DNA from: Eledone cirrhosa
Taxonomy: Eukaryota
Length of the DNA: 64,000 nucleotides
Direction: 5' to 3'
NCBI GenBank assembly: GCA_964016885.1
Contig: OZ024746.1
Span: 69,812,001 to 69,876,000, forward strand
In this document: one piece after another, positions 13,422-27,256 of the stretch
How positions within the stretch are numbered: the stretch's first letter is position 1
How the letters are laid out: each line of letters begins with the position of its first letter
Program-made: the position numbers and the translations under genes
Notes under the pieces: model-generated
The model's input: only the letters and a program-made list of their open reading frames with translations
Told to the model about the DNA's origin: nothing
The model's database searches: none

Positions 13422-14254
13422 ACTTGAACTGTCTTTTATATGTTTCCAATCAGGAATCTCTGGAGAGGACGAGAATACTGTTAAATCTACCACTCAAAGA
13501 TCAGGTGCTTGTATTAAACTGGGCAATGTATTAAGTCTATTGCCCAAGTTCCAGGTGGTTATGTTAAACTGGGCAATAAGCATACTACTTAAGGACCAGA
13601 TGATGACGAATTAAATCTACTACCTAAGGATAGGAACAGTCCTTTAGATGGGCTTCTACAAAATGTCTGTCTACCATATTTCATTCATAAAGTTTTTGTC
13701 AACTTGAGGTTAAAATAAAAAAAATAAAAATTACAAGGTACCAAAGAGTGGGATTGAACTTAAAATAATGAAGTTACAAAGTAAATGTCTTCCCTACATG
13801 GCCATGCCTGCTGTTGAGAAAGTGGTTAATGAATAAAAATGTTGAGATTTAGGCAGTCAGTCAGAATATCTACAAGAGACATAGTCAACTTAATTTACTC
13901 CACAGTATAACTGGTACTTATTTTATTGACTTCCAGAGATGACTAAATTTATATTATATGCTGCTTCTTTGTTATTACCCTGAAATTATTAGGGTTAGAG
14001 TAATGGTTCTTAAAGACTAGTCGCATTTCTTCCCTTGTGCCCTGAGGTCACATTCCTCCAATTCTTCCCCCATTTTGAATTATCAATCATCTCACAATTT
14101 TTTCACAATCATATTTTTACAATGCTAAATATTAAAACAATTTGTTGAAGCAAATTACATTATTTTTTTGTAAACTTTTAATTCATGATCATCCTTATAG
14201 TTGGGTATATTGGTATTTCATAGCCTCCCTAGTGTTGGTGATCTACATAATAAA

Positions 14255-14650
14255 TACACCCAGTGCACGCTGTAAAGTGGTTGCTGATAGGAAGGGTATC
14301 CAGCCATAGAAAGCTTGCCAAACAAAGGGTTGGGTGGACTCTCAGTTGTGTCAAAGACATGAAAATCTCTTGTGCACTCGGTAGAATATGAAACCGTAAA
14401 TACGTGAGACAACAAATCCTTGGCTTGTCTGGGAGACAGACCAAGTCAGTACTGAAGCAGAGCTGCTGTCTCCCAGACAAGCCAAGGATTTGTTGTCTCG
14501 TGTATTTACGGTTTCATATTCTACCGAGTGCACAAGAGATTTTCATGTCTTTGACACAACTGAGAGTCCACCCAACCCTTTGTTTGGCAAGCTTTCTATG
14601 GCTGGATACCCTTCCTATCAGAAACCACTTTACAGCGTCCACTGGGTATA
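14255..14650. repeat. Long near-perfect fold-back (arms about 185 bp, 26-nt loop)
   Basis: 14255-14439 is the reverse complement of 14466-14650 with only a handful of mismatches. Confidence 0.95.
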
Positions 14651-14729
14651 TATACATATATATATACACACGCCCATGCTAGTGTGGAAAATGAACTTAA
14701 AACGGTGATGATGATATATATTGTTATAT

Positions 14730-15455
14730 TTTGGTAGGGTCATGCTGCCAATAAAAACACACATACCTGTTGGTTTTCACTTCAATTTATTACAAATTTC
14801 CGATTGGTTGGTTCAATAGCCGGATGGTTTATATATTGTCAAAGTTCTTATATCACTTTCTGTGATCTCAGTGACTGATTTGTTATTTTGGGTCTCTCTT
14901 TTGTTCTGTTCTCCACCATCTTGTTTTTGTGTGTTGTGTGCTGTGTACTTGGTTTGCACGTGTTATATCTGGATATGTGTGTTTTTATTTATTTGTCACT
15001 AGTTGGTTGCTTGTTCTGTGTGTGTCTGGTTTTTATTAGTTTGGTTCTTGTGTGTCTCTGTATGTTTTTATCTTGTCCTTAATTACTAGTTGTGATGTTA
15101 TTATTCCACTTGTTTCTGTTTAATCTTGGTTGGAGTTTGTTTATGTTGGTCGCTTTTGTAATCTATCGGAGCATTGCGTCTTTTCTGTGTGTGGATATAA
15201 TTTTGATTTCTATGTTCTCTAGTGTGCCCCTATGTTCCATTTTGGCATGTTGGTAGAGTACTGATGAGTTCTTCCTATCTTGGAGTTCTTGCCATTGTTC
15301 ATTTATCCTTTCTCCTCTGCAACAGTCTGTCTCACCTATTTATGTTGTGTTCTTATTCCTACTCTGTCCTTCAGTGCATCTTATGCTATATACTACATTC
15401 CAAGTTTTGCAGTTAGTTTGTAGGCTTAATTTGCAGACTGCATTTCCTATCAGTG
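14730..15455 (-). mobile_element. Penelope-like element 3' fragment (GIY-YIG endonuclease plus 3' UTR), decayed
   Basis: Minus strand reads C..WNVVYSIRC...IGET...ERINE...LYQHAKMEH; homologous to 46690-47380. Confidence 0.75.
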
Positions 15456-15818
15456 CAGGTTTTTTATTTTTTTATTTTTTTTTTTTTTAAAGGATATGTT
15501 GCTAGCGTGGAAGAACGGACGTACAATGGGGATGATGATGAATTAGGGCTTTTATGGAAATACTTGGTCTTTCAACTATCTAAATATTTAATTTTTGTTT
15601 TTCTAGAGCCCTATCTATCTATCTGTCTATCTATCTATCTATATACACACACATCGAGGTATTATATAATTAAAAACCTACTTATTCTAACTGATTTAAC
15701 TTATATTTAACTTATATGAGATTTTTGGCTTAAGTTTAATATACTAGGACCTAACTCTGAAGTGACTAAGTTTGGTATAAAATATTGCAGATTGGACTAG
15801 AAAATTGCCTCAAATGGA

Positions 15819-15863
<45 letters not shown>

Positions 15864-16724
15864 CTTTTATTCTTTTTTATTGGTTTCAGCCATTAGACTG
15901 TGGTCATGCAGGAACTGCCTTGAAGGAATTTAGTCATTTATATATTTATTTTCAAGCTAGATATTATTTTATTGATCTCTTTTTGTTGAACTGTTAAGTT
16001 ACGTAGCATAAAGATACCTTGCAGTTGAATTGAACCTGAAACCATGTGTTTGCAAAGAGAACTGCTTAACCACACCCTGTGTACATATATATATAGATAC
16101 TGATCTTTCGTTTTAGGTATACAAATTGGTTGACAATAATGTGAAACTGAAAAAAAGTTCTTATCTATATATTTAATAAATGGATAAATATGGAACTCTC
16201 GAAAGTCCCAGTAAACATGATATTATTAATAATTGTTTCTACTTTTGGCACAAGGCTGGCAATTACCAGAGTGCATTACTGGTGCTTTATTTTATTGACC
16301 CTGTAAGGATGAAAGCAAAGTTAACCTCTGCGGGATTTGAACTCAGAAAGTAAAGGGCCATAACTCTACCAATACTGCCAATCGACCGCATTGAAAATCT
16401 GACACAAAGAAATATGAGGATTTTACTAAAAAATCACATATTTTGTTGAAAAATAATTTTCTTTCAGTTTCTTTTTTTTGTCGACCATTTTATGATTCTT
16501 CTTATTATTTTATATGTTTAAAATGAAAACCACCATCTTGTGCACACACATATGTGGTGGTGGTGGTTGGTGATGAGAGTTGTCTCTCTGACGTCACTGT
16601 TATATTTAAGAACAATGGTAATTATTGTGAGATATTGTAGAAGCCTCTGCGTGATATCTCGATCTGCTGGAAAGAGTAATCAAATCTCCCTCTAATGTTT
16701 CAATTGAGAAAAAGAAAGTTACTA

Positions 16725-17665
16725 TGGATAATGTTACCTGGGTGATAAAATCAGCAGTGGGGGAGGGTTCTCTGAAAGTACAGTAGCTAGAGTCAGAACG
16801 GGACGGAAAAAGTTCAGAGAGCTTATACCACTATTGGCTGCTAAAGGGTTCTCTCTAAAAATGAAAGGCAGGCTGTATGATGCCTGCATACGAACATCAA
16901 TGTTACATGGCAGTGAGACCTGGGCATTGTGTGCAGAGGATCTGCGCAGACTGGAGAGAAACGAAGCTTGCATGCTCCGCTGGATGTGTAATAGTAATAT
17001 ACGTGAACGGCAAAGCATAAACGAACTAAGGGAGAAATTAGAAATAAGAGGGATCAGATGTTTTTTTTTACTCGAGAGAAGACTACGTTGGTATGGTCAC
17101 GTGATGCGCATGAAAGACGACAGCTGTATAAAAAAAGTGCAGGGCAATAAAAATAGACGGCAGACCCAGAAAAACCTGGGATGACTTGATAAATTCCGAC
17201 CTCACACACACCTCTCCAAGACAATGTCACTGGACCGAGAGCTTTGGCGCTACACAGTAATACAGAAGACCCGCCTTACCTAAGTACAAAGTGAAACCTA
17301 CTACAGTCAGTAGGCACCTCTAACAAAATACACCCCCGTCCCACTACCCACACCCCATCCATACCACCCCTTTCAATGTAAAGTTATGTTGGTGTCACAA
17401 CATCCAGCCCGAAACAAATGAGGTCGTGTAGGTGTCACGACAAAAAAAAACACAGTCCACGCTGTAATGTGTCCGTGTAGGTAACACGGTAAAAACCTCC
17501 CAGTTCCACACTGTAAATGTGGTTGGTGTTAGGAAGGGCATCCAGCTGTAGAAAAAAACCCAGCCAAACAGTCCTATGCGAGCAAGACAACCACTCTTGA
17601 CTCCCGTCCAAACCCATGCAAGCGTGGAATATGGACGTTAAACGATGATGATGATGATGATGATG
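16725..17665 (+). mobile_element. RTE-clade LINE 3' fragment with (GAT)n tail, frameshifted
   Basis: YLGDKISSGG, MLHGSETW, MLRWMC, RRLRWYGHVMR; 3' UTR ends GGACGTTAAAC(GAT)n. Confidence 0.88.
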
Positions 17666-17763
17666 AATGTGGTTCCTGACACACTATGTGTAGATATTGT
17701 ACAAGGTAGTCATGACTGGAACGATTTTGATCAGAGTTGACCTGGAACTAAACACAGCTCTCA

Positions 17764-18250
17764 TCACCAACCAGCATTATCATCATCACTAACCAGCATT
17801 ACCACTACCACCACCACCACTGCCGCCATCGTCACTAACACCACCGCCACCATGACCCCCACCACCACCACAGCCATCATCACCCCCACCAGCACCACCA
17901 TCACCAACACAACCACCACCAGCATCACTATCACCACTTCCACCACCACCACCACCACCACCACCACCACAAACATCACTATCACCACAAGCATTACTAC
18001 AACTACCACCACCACCATCATCACTATCAACACAACCACCGTCACCACCACCATCGTCACCACCACCGCCATCACTATCACCACCAACACAACCACCATC
18101 ACGACCACCACCATCGTCACCACCACCGCCATCACTATCACCACCAACACAGCCATCACCACAACTACTACCAACACAACCATCACCACAACTACTACCA
18201 ACACAACGACGACGACCACCACCATCACTACCACCACTACCTCCAACACT
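17764..18250. repeat. Degenerate (CAC/CAT/CTA)n trinucleotide tract
   Basis: Directly visible. Confidence 0.9.
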
Positions 18251-18699
18251 ACGCTATGTTGTATGATAGCGATTTATAAAAGTAAAGTTAATTATTTATT
18301 CTAAAATATCTTTTCTTTCGTTTCCGATAGTTAAAGAACGCTCGGCATGTTTGGCAAGTTCCTCTGTAATTAAGGTTGTTGACCGAAAGGACGAATATGT
18401 TTTAACCTTTTTTGGCATTTTTAAATTGTTCTTAAATTTCCTTGAGGCCATGATTATTGTTCTGATTTTGTCTATTGAAACTAAAGAGACTATATCGTGA
18501 AAGAGTCATTTTAGCTACAGTTATACATGTCTGGCCATTGACCTGATCTGAGACTGTGTTGAAAATAAAGTAATTACACCGTGAAAGACTCATTTTAGCC
18601 ATAGTTGTACATGTCTGGCAAGTGACATATTTGAGACTGTGTTGAAACTAAAACATTTATATCGTGGACGAGTCATTATAGCCACAGTTATATATATAT

Positions 18700-18791
18700 A
18701 TATATTACACAATATATATATTACACAATATATATATTACACAATATATATATTACACAATATATATATTACACAATATATATATTACACA
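18700..18791. repeat. 16-bp tandem repeat
   Basis: (ATATATATTACACAAT)n, about 5-6 copies. Confidence 0.85.
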
Positions 18792-18929
18792 AAATCTCTG
18801 GATAAAATTTCTGTCTTGACTTTTTTTTAATTGAGATTGAATTATTTTCCCATATCTTACGTTAAATATTTTCCATCTTGACGTAATAGTCACTTATATA
18901 TTATGAATTACTGTTGGCTTCTTGCTCAC

Positions 18930-19110
18930 TGGCAGTATCGGTAGAGGGTCGGACGCCATGCTTTGACGCATAGAGTTACGGCCCTTGCCATTCTGAGTTC
19001 AAATCCCGCCGAGGTTAACTTTGCCTTTCATCCTTATGGGGTCGATAAAATAAAGTACCAGTAATACACTGAGTAATTGCTGGCCTTGTGCCAAAAGTAG
19101 AAACAATTAA
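18930..19110 (+). mobile_element. Nin/Deu-core tRNA SINE copy
   Basis: Reverse complement of 33617-33795. Confidence 0.8.
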
Positions 19111-19119
19111 TTTCTCTAT

Positions 19120-19163
<44 letters not shown>

Positions 19164-19170
19164 GTGTGTT

Positions 19171-19201
<31 letters not shown>

Positions 19202-19585
19202 ATATATATGTGGGTATCTGTGATCTATACACACTGGTCATAGACACCCCACACACATACACACACACACATATATATACACACACGCTCACATATATAT
19301 ATATATCACAACACCACCAGCTCTCTCTCTCTCTCTCTTTCAATCTACTCTCCCACAACCACTATCTCTTTTTCTCTATCCTTCTCTTTTTCTCTGTTTA
19401 TAAAGGTACCCGGAAAAACCCCATATCTCGGGAACCCGTTCTTTGATTTACGCGAAACTTGTTTTATTCCATTTGTAGTCGCATTTCAGAGTCAACTTCC
19501 TTTCAAAGTATGTTCTCATTATGCGCTCTTTTGGCTATATTACATTACAGACAAGTAAACAAGCAAGCAGGCAATCACAGAGTTT

Positions 19586-19648
<63 letters not shown>

Positions 19649-19865
19649 GGGATAAAGATCCCATAACTCCTTGTGGGGGTCATAGAGGCACCACCATACG
19701 GCGTGTCTAGGGTACTTTTAAACCCAGCAGAACCCAATCCTCTCCAGCCGATTTTTTCTACAGAGGAAGAATTGACTGGTACTTTTTTTTATCGACTAAT
19801 GTATATATACATGAATGAGTATATATATTTATGTTTGAACCCGCATGTGTCATTATACACACACG

Positions 19866-19994
<129 letters not shown>

Positions 19995-20125
19995 AAAAAG
20001 TAAACACAAATAACAACACAATCGGTACAGTATACGGAAGGGATATATTAGGTTAACGCTTGATATAGAAGGAGAGTGCTTGAATTGAATTGCATCAATA
20101 TTTACCGTATGTATATATATATACA

Positions 20126-20160
<35 letters not shown>

Positions 20161-20191
20161 TTTTTTAAAATGTAGAAATTACTTCTATGGC

Positions 20192-20265
20192 ACTAGAACT
20201 GTTTCATTCGAAGGAAATTTTCTGATGATTTCCTTCGAATGAAACAGTTCTAGTCTTGTAGAAGC
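20192..20265 (+). repeat. Short fold-back joined at a hammerhead core
   Basis: 27-bp arms around TTTCTGATG; CTGATGA-TTTCCTTCGAAT-GAAA-CAG..TTG-TA-GAAGC; family of 36559. Confidence 0.85.
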
Positions 20266-20435
20266 CATTTCTATATCAAATATTTATACTCTGCTATGTA
20301 TTGAGTAACTTACTTACTGTGGTTACCCCAGATTGAACCCGGGATACACACACACACACACGCACACGCACACACATACACACATATATATCATTTACTC
20401 CTGCGTTTGTTTGTTTTTTGTTTTCTGTTATTCCG

Positions 20436-20500
<65 letters not shown>

Positions 20501-20508
20501 GAAAACAA

Positions 20509-20752
20509 ATGAAATCGAAAATGCAACTGGAGTCTTTTTGTAAAAAATATATTTATTTGGTTCCTTTACCGGTTTCGCAGTTCTTCTGCTTTTCAAAAGT
20601 AGAATTGAGATGGAGGGTTTGTGGTTTTGTGAGAAAAATCACAAACCCTCCATCTCAATTCTACTTTTGAAAAGCACAAGAACTGCGAAACCGGTAAAGG
20701 AACCAAATAAATATATTAAAAAAAAAGACTCTAGTTGCATTTTCGATTTCAT
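20509..20752. repeat. Fold-back element in (TA)n; second family member at 24567-24903
   Basis: Arms about 120 bp; each carries GAAA-CCGG-TA-AAGG (hammerhead 3' half). Confidence 0.9.
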
Positions 20753-20829
20753 CTTTTTTCCTTATACTTTCACTCATGTAGGACACCTCGTTTTTTTTTT
20801 TCATTTTGTAAAAAAACCCTCACTTTCTA

Positions 20830-20880
<51 letters not shown>

Positions 20881-21171
20881 ATAAAGTATGTCCATAGAAT
20901 CATTTGATAATATATACACCATTTCCTCTCCCAATTAGCATAATCAACCACACAAAAAAAACAATTAAACCAGACTATAAGATTAAAAGACATCTATGAA
21001 GAAATAGTAGATAAATAAACGACAGCCATCTATTCGCGATCAACCGCTATAGAATATTTACCCAACATTTCAATAGCACGTGGAAATCGAGTAAATATAC
21101 CGTCAACCATACACAATTAGGTATAAAATTAAAGTTAGAAGAAAAAATGCATATACACATACCAGGATTAC

Positions 21172-21252
21172 GTTTCTACCCTTAGGGTTTCGTTCGCTTT
21201 CGGAAATATCCTATCAAGGATAAATTCTCGAGCTTCGAACTCATCAGGAAAC
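21172..21252 (-). ncRNA. Type I hammerhead ribozyme, complete, extended helix II
   Basis: GUUUC-CUGAUGA-GUUCG...CGAAC-GAAA-CCC uaa GGG-UA-GAAAC. Confidence 0.88.
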
Positions 21253-21385
21253 AAACTCACTTGGACAAAGATTTTTCTTAAATGATCCCCGCCAGAAACG
21301 AATTCAAAATGGCTAAGAACGCTGATGTGGCAGTGGTCAAGTCAGAAAGAATGTGATTGGTGCCTAATGGCGAGTGGGCTGGTTG

Positions 21386-21420
<35 letters not shown>

Positions 21421-21712
21421 GAATGTTGAGAAGTGACATACGAGTTGATATATATAATAGTAAAGAAGAAAAAACAGTAGAAAATGCTAATGGGATTTTC
21501 TCATAGAATAACAGCAAAACATTTATTTACAAAAAAATGAATTTATCGTACTGGTTTCAGCTACGTGGGCTTCTTCATGTTACGGAAGTGTATAATAACA
21601 TTTATAATGGAGTTAAGTTGTATATTAATAAGAATATGGTATAAAATAATATGGCTTACATACATAGATATAGAAGTGTTCACATTTTTGTTTATCGCTT
21701 TCTCTCTTTCTC

Positions 21713-22370
21713 TCCTTGGTGGTGTTGACATATTTTCCAATGGATACTGTGAAGCAGTCACTGTGTACAGTAAAACCAACAACTTGATAGTAGTTGGGCT
21801 CTATAGGCCACCCCAAACCCTTCTACCATGCTTCAAGGTATGCCTCAACAGCATAAAGTGTTTCACCCAACAGTGTCAGCCTGACAACATCTTAATGATG
21901 GGAGACTTCAACCTCCCCGGTGTTGACTGTTCCACAAACAGCTTGATACCAGGTTTTTCCTCCTCAATCCATGACAAGGAGGCAGTAGAATAGCTTCTTA
22001 TCATGGATGAGTTTTTCCTGTCTCAACTTGTGCTCGAACCAACAAGGTGCTACAAAAACGTCTTGGACCTTATGTTTAGTAACCACACTGACACTATCCG
22101 CAATATTGCAGTGTAAAAAAACTCTACTCTCAGACCATGACACGATTCTCTGTGATCTGAGATTCCACCGCCCAAAAAGCAAACCCAATGACATCTCTCC
22201 AGTTCATCCATTTGACACCATGGATCTTCATAATACAAACTGGGAAGCGATCAATCATGATCTTGCACATGTCGATTGGTCTTTCACGCACACTCACACA
22301 CCAACTAACATAAAAAAATCCATTGACATTGATTTTGCTGTGGAAAAATGTGTGGAAATGAGAAAGTGAG
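21713..22370 (+). pseudogene. Decayed APE endonuclease domain of a CR1/L2/Jockey-group LINE
   Basis: VGLYRPP, MGDFNLP, PTR, LDL, SDH motifs with a stop and frameshifts. Confidence 0.8.
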
Positions 22371-23250
22371 GTAGAGTTCTGCGAAGTTGACACGGATGAA
22401 CTGGGCCTCCTACTTAGACTTACATTTGATAGTGAATACTTAAATAATTATGACCTGAGCAGTTTCTGTCCCAGTAGGCCAATAAGAGGAAGACCCCCAC
22501 CATAACCTCAGTGGCTAAAAAGACTCCCATAGGAAAATGGAATGGATGGACCAAAGCCATACGGACACCCAAGAACAACGATCAGGTGAGAAAAATGATC
22601 GCACATGCAATAGAGTCTAGTATTAAAACTACTCGAAAGAGTCACATGTTTAAATTTAACGACGCCATTGGCGTCAGCATAGCTGGCGATGTTGCCAACC
22701 TAGTTATGTTATGGTGGGAACGGAGACTCATAGAAGAGAACTCATAGAAGAGAACGCCATAGCCCTCGTCATGTACTCTCGTTACGTTGATGATATCAAT
22801 ATAGTAATAACCCGCCCTCCACAAGAAAGTACCAATAAACCAGAATTAGAAACTAACACAACGGAGAACATCCAGCAGATAACTAATTCCATACACCAAA
22901 GCATAACAGTAACTATCAACTACCCTTCCAAACACTCTAACAATAGACTATCAGTATTAGACACTGAACTCTGGTGAAACACTATAAACGAGAAAACCCA
23001 AATTCTCCTCTCACATTATGCTAAACCCATGGCCTCCAAATACCTTATACACAAAAACCCAGCGCTGTCCAATAGTGCTCAGTTTAAAATTCTGATCGCA
23101 GACTTGGTAAAAGTGATGAAGAATCTGTCCCGCATGTGCGATCCAACTGAACTGGAAAGACATAGATCATTTTATCAATCGCATGCAGTTCTCTGGCTAC
23201 AACCAAAAAGACAGAATTAGGGTGTACAAAGGAGGCACAGAGAAATATTC
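22370..23250 (+). pseudogene. Decayed Penelope-like element reverse transcriptase
   Basis: IGVSIAGDVANLVM, YSRYVDDI, LSVLD, HYAKPMAS, RMQFSGY across frameshifts. Confidence 0.8.
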
Positions 23251-23644
23251 TATCGTAATGAATGTTAATCAATGTGTCAGAAGAATCTTTCTTCACCCAC
23301 AGATGCTCTTATATATGTATGAAACCGCTTCAATGAGCTGAAGGAGCCTTCACGAAGTCACTGGAAGTCTTACACTTGATGGATCATAGATATCTATATA
23401 GCATATGTTTATGTCATGTGAGTAATTTTATTTTATTTGGGATGAAGCGGTGTATATAAGGAATTATATCTGTTGAGATGTACGTATAACCACTGTGTGC
23501 ATTTAATATTTTATATCGAAATAACTAAATAGAGAGAAATTTATGAACTATGCATATAGTTTACGTTCGACGCGAAGTAACAAAAATCATTGTTTCTCCC
23601 CTCCCTACTTATCCTGGGGTACTCAGAATCTATTTATATATTTA

Positions 23645-23723
<79 letters not shown>

Positions 23724-23834
23724 TTGAAAAAAATGAAAACGAAATTTCATTTCTCACTCTTAGTATGGCACTTACTTAAATGTAAGTATGTATGTATACG
23801 TACATACATATATGTATACAGACGTACAGTAGCA

Positions 23835-23902
<68 letters not shown>

Positions 23903-24052
23903 CAGGTACACATACATATATGCACGCATCAGTTTAGCGGACGCTTATTATAACGCCGCTTTGTTCGTTTGTCAACAAACTGAACAGCCTGAATTTATGC
24001 CATACGGTGTTAAGGCAACCACGTCACCTTTTTGTTCAACACTGACACAGGA

Positions 24053-24095
24053 ACGATGTACTAGTTTCAAGCTTGTTAGCTATCATCAGCACCGT
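24053..24095 (-). ncRNA. Minimal type I hammerhead ribozyme
   Basis: ACGGUG-CUGAUGA-U AGCU aaca AGCU U-GAAA-CUAG-UA-CAUCGU. Confidence 0.82.
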
Positions 24096-24261
24096 ATACC
24101 CATCTGCCAGATAGTTGAACGTTCGAAAGTATATACTTTCCTTATATATATATAGATATATTAAAGAGTTAAACAAGATTCAATGAGTACATCAAAGAAT
24201 GAGTTTTACAGTAGATTGGAAGCACTCTACAATGAAAATATTTTCCAGAGTTATTAATATT

Positions 24262-24522
24262 AAAATACAAATATTAATAAAATAGATGTTCTTGTGATCA
24301 ATAAAATTTTATTATACATATTTCAGAGGTACAACAGTACGTCCTCATCAGATAAAATAAAATGATACATGACATACCTTGATTAAATCTTAACCATTTA
24401 ACATCTCAGGGTATGTCATGTATCATTATATTTTGTCTAATGAGGACGTACTGTTGTACCTCTGAAATATGTAAAATAAAATTTTATATTGATCACAAGA
24501 ACATCTATTTTATTAATATTTG

Positions 24523-24528
<6 letters not shown>
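24262..24528. repeat. Fold-back (arms about 120 bp) containing hammerhead motifs
   Basis: 24262-24382 vs 24406-24528. Confidence 0.9.
24306..24358 (-). ncRNA. Type I hammerhead ribozyme
   Basis: AUUUUAU-CUGAUGA-GGACGUAC uguu GUACCUCU-GAAA-UAUGUA-UA-AUAAAAU. Confidence 0.8.
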
Positions 24529-24573
<45 letters not shown>

Positions 24574-24899
24574 GTGAGGTTTTTTTACAAAATGAAAAAT
24601 AACCGAGGTGTCCTACACGAGTGAAAGTATAAAGAAAAAGAGATGAAATCGAAAATGCAACTGAAGTCTTATTTTTTTAAAAATATATATATATTTATTT
24701 TGTTCCTTTACCGGTTTCGCAGTTCTTCTGCTTTTCAAAAGGTGAGTTGGAGGGTCTGTGAGAAAAACCACAGACCCTCCATCTCAACTCACCTTTTGAA
24801 AAGCAGAAGAACTGCGAAACCAGTAAAGGAACCAAATAAATATATATATTTAAAAAAAAAAATAAGACTTCAGTTGCATTTTCGATTTCATCTCTTTTT

Positions 24900-24954
<55 letters not shown>

Positions 24955-25030
24955 CGAAGGAAATGTGGTAGGGAACCAGGTGGACCATAACGCACCAAAG
25001 TACTCAATACTTGAGGTAGTAGAGTGGGTA

Positions 25031-25136
25031 ATAGGAACCAGTAAGACCCCGACAGCTGAGCTCAAGCCGTTTCGACGGCTAATTCTGAATTAGCCGTCGA
25101 AACGGCTTGAGCTCAGCTGTCGGGGTCTTACTGGTT

Positions 25137-25141
<5 letters not shown>
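25031..25141. repeat. Perfect palindrome (about 55-bp arms) with hammerhead 3' half
   Basis: Centre AATTC-T-GAATT; GAAA-CGGC-loop-GCTG-TC; family fragments at 38095-38177, 40070-40215, 52100-52245. Confidence 0.92.
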
Positions 25142-25220
<79 letters not shown>

Positions 25221-25698
25221 CACACATATATATGAGTGTGTGTGTGTGTATACATACATATATATATGTGTGTGTGTGTATATATATATACATACATATA
25301 TATATATTTATTTCACACACGCACACGCACACACACATACACACACACATATATATATATATATATTTACACAAACACACACAACACGTGTGTGAAATAA
25401 ATATATATATGTGTATGTGTGTGTATGTGTGTGTGTGTGCGTGCGTGAAATTAATATAACATCAACTGTCTGTTAAGTAGGGGTTGAAGATATTTAATGC
25501 AGAGCTTCAAATATTTAATGAGAAATACGACGAGAAGAAAATTATCTCAATGTTTAATATGATTTTAATCACAGTGGTTGCTACATGAGACGATTTCACA
25601 CACCTTTCGTTATCATTCAATCATAATACCATTACCAGTAATGTACTGGTAAATTGCTGGCCTTGTGCCAATAGTAGAAACAATTATATTATTATATT

Positions 25699-26000
25699 AC
25701 TAGCAGAATGGTCCGGCGTTACTTGAGATTTTCTCTAGGGTTCTTATATATTTGTAGCAGTTGCCTCCCTTGTTGTGACACTCACAACACCATCTAGACA
25801 GGAAGTAGAACCCTTTAGCCAGGCGTCTTCTGCCAGCTGCGTTTGCCTGGCAATCAAAACGGTAACTAATAACTTTGCTTCATTCTTTCATCTATTTCTT
25901 TGACATGTTAACTATACTGTTCTATATATATCCATGATTGTTAATTAAATATTATACACACAAACCATGTCTCCTTGTTACATTCATACACGCTAGCTTT
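25699..26000 (-). mobile_element. Helitron-like 3' end; internal sequence also present at 2578-2910
   Basis: CTAGCAGAATGGTCCGGCGTT end resembles 42808; body matches 2578-2910. Confidence 0.55.
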
Positions 26001-26021
26001 TCGCTATATATTTGATATATA

Positions 26022-26400
26022 GGCATACGTCAAGACGGGCGGTCTCAAAAGTGAAAGTAAATTTATTTTCATTTTCGAACGTCGTGTTTACATTTTGTGT
26101 GTGTGTTCAAACGAAACATGCTGGCGACGAAGCTTCTTCTTTGCACGGCTCCATGTGTTATTTATGAGCTGTGTGTGCACATCAAGGTCCGCAGGATCTA
26201 CACAGTTCCGTTCGTGCACCACAACATCATGAACGTAAATCCCACCTTCAATTTCCGAATAGGAAGCCCAACCATCGGAGATGATGCGGCTGCCTGGCAA
26301 AATCCCTGCTGAATGATGGGGACGAGAGTGTCAGAGCTTCGATTTGAGACTTCTACAAGGCAGCAGCGTCTAGAATGGCGGACTCACCATTCTGCAAGCC
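26022..26400 (-). mobile_element. Merlin / IS1595-like DDE transposase fragment
   Basis: NRSSDTLVPII, ILPGSRIISDGWASY, H..VVH...VDP...VHTQLI..TW..K. Confidence 0.75.
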
Positions 26401-26490
26401 TCATTACAAGATTACTTCGGTATTGAGTACTCTTCTCTCAACCGTCAACTACACACACACACATATACATATATATATAATCAGTTAAAA

Positions 26491-26561
<71 letters not shown>

Positions 26562-26749
26562 TAACAGATTTAACTTTAAGCAAAGAATCACTGCTTTCAC
26601 ACTTAACGGGATCTTCTGAAACTAAAAAAATCAATCTGTGAACGCAGAAAATGAATCGCTGCTTTCACTCTTAACGGGATATTCTACCTAAAAGCAATAT
26701 GAAGTACACTAAGACTAACTGATGTAATATTTGGCCTTGTTTGTTTATA

Positions 26750-27256
26750 TTTTGTTTTTGTGTATGCAAAAATATCTGTACACGAATATCTATATTAAAA
26801 TAACATATTAATGTTTAAGCAAAGAATCGCTGCTTTCAACCTTAACGGGATCTTATTAAACTAAAAAAATCAATCTGGAAAACAGGAAGATGATACTTTG
26901 GTTCGTGAAGACGTTCCCTGGCATAAGAATATATACACACACACACTGATCGCGTCATAATGACGTAATGCAGACAGTCAGGCATACAGACAGATATTAT
27001 GAAGGCGCGACGTCATATCTATGTATCTATCTAAAAAGAGAAAGACTAAGAGAAAGAGAAAGAGAAAGAGATCGCTAAATCGCCTAATGCGGTCCCTAGG
27101 GCATTGAAAATTTGAAATTTTTTTTGCTCAGAACATTCAATAGGACCATAAGTATTACATGTGTAAAGTTTGAAAAAAAAACGGTTGGGTACTTCTCGAG
27201 TTTTAGGGAAACAGACACACAGACAGACATCCTCTGTTTTATATACAGTATATAGA
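26750..27256 (-). mobile_element. Helitron 5' part, same family as 33815 and 43010-43750
   Basis: Shared CTAATGCGGTCCCTAGGGCATTGAAAA block and GACAGACATCC...TATAGA end. Confidence 0.65.

Noticed and set aside
17764-18304. Mucin-like poly-Thr / poly-Val ORFs
   Set aside because: Degenerate trinucleotide repeat with no supporting gene context.
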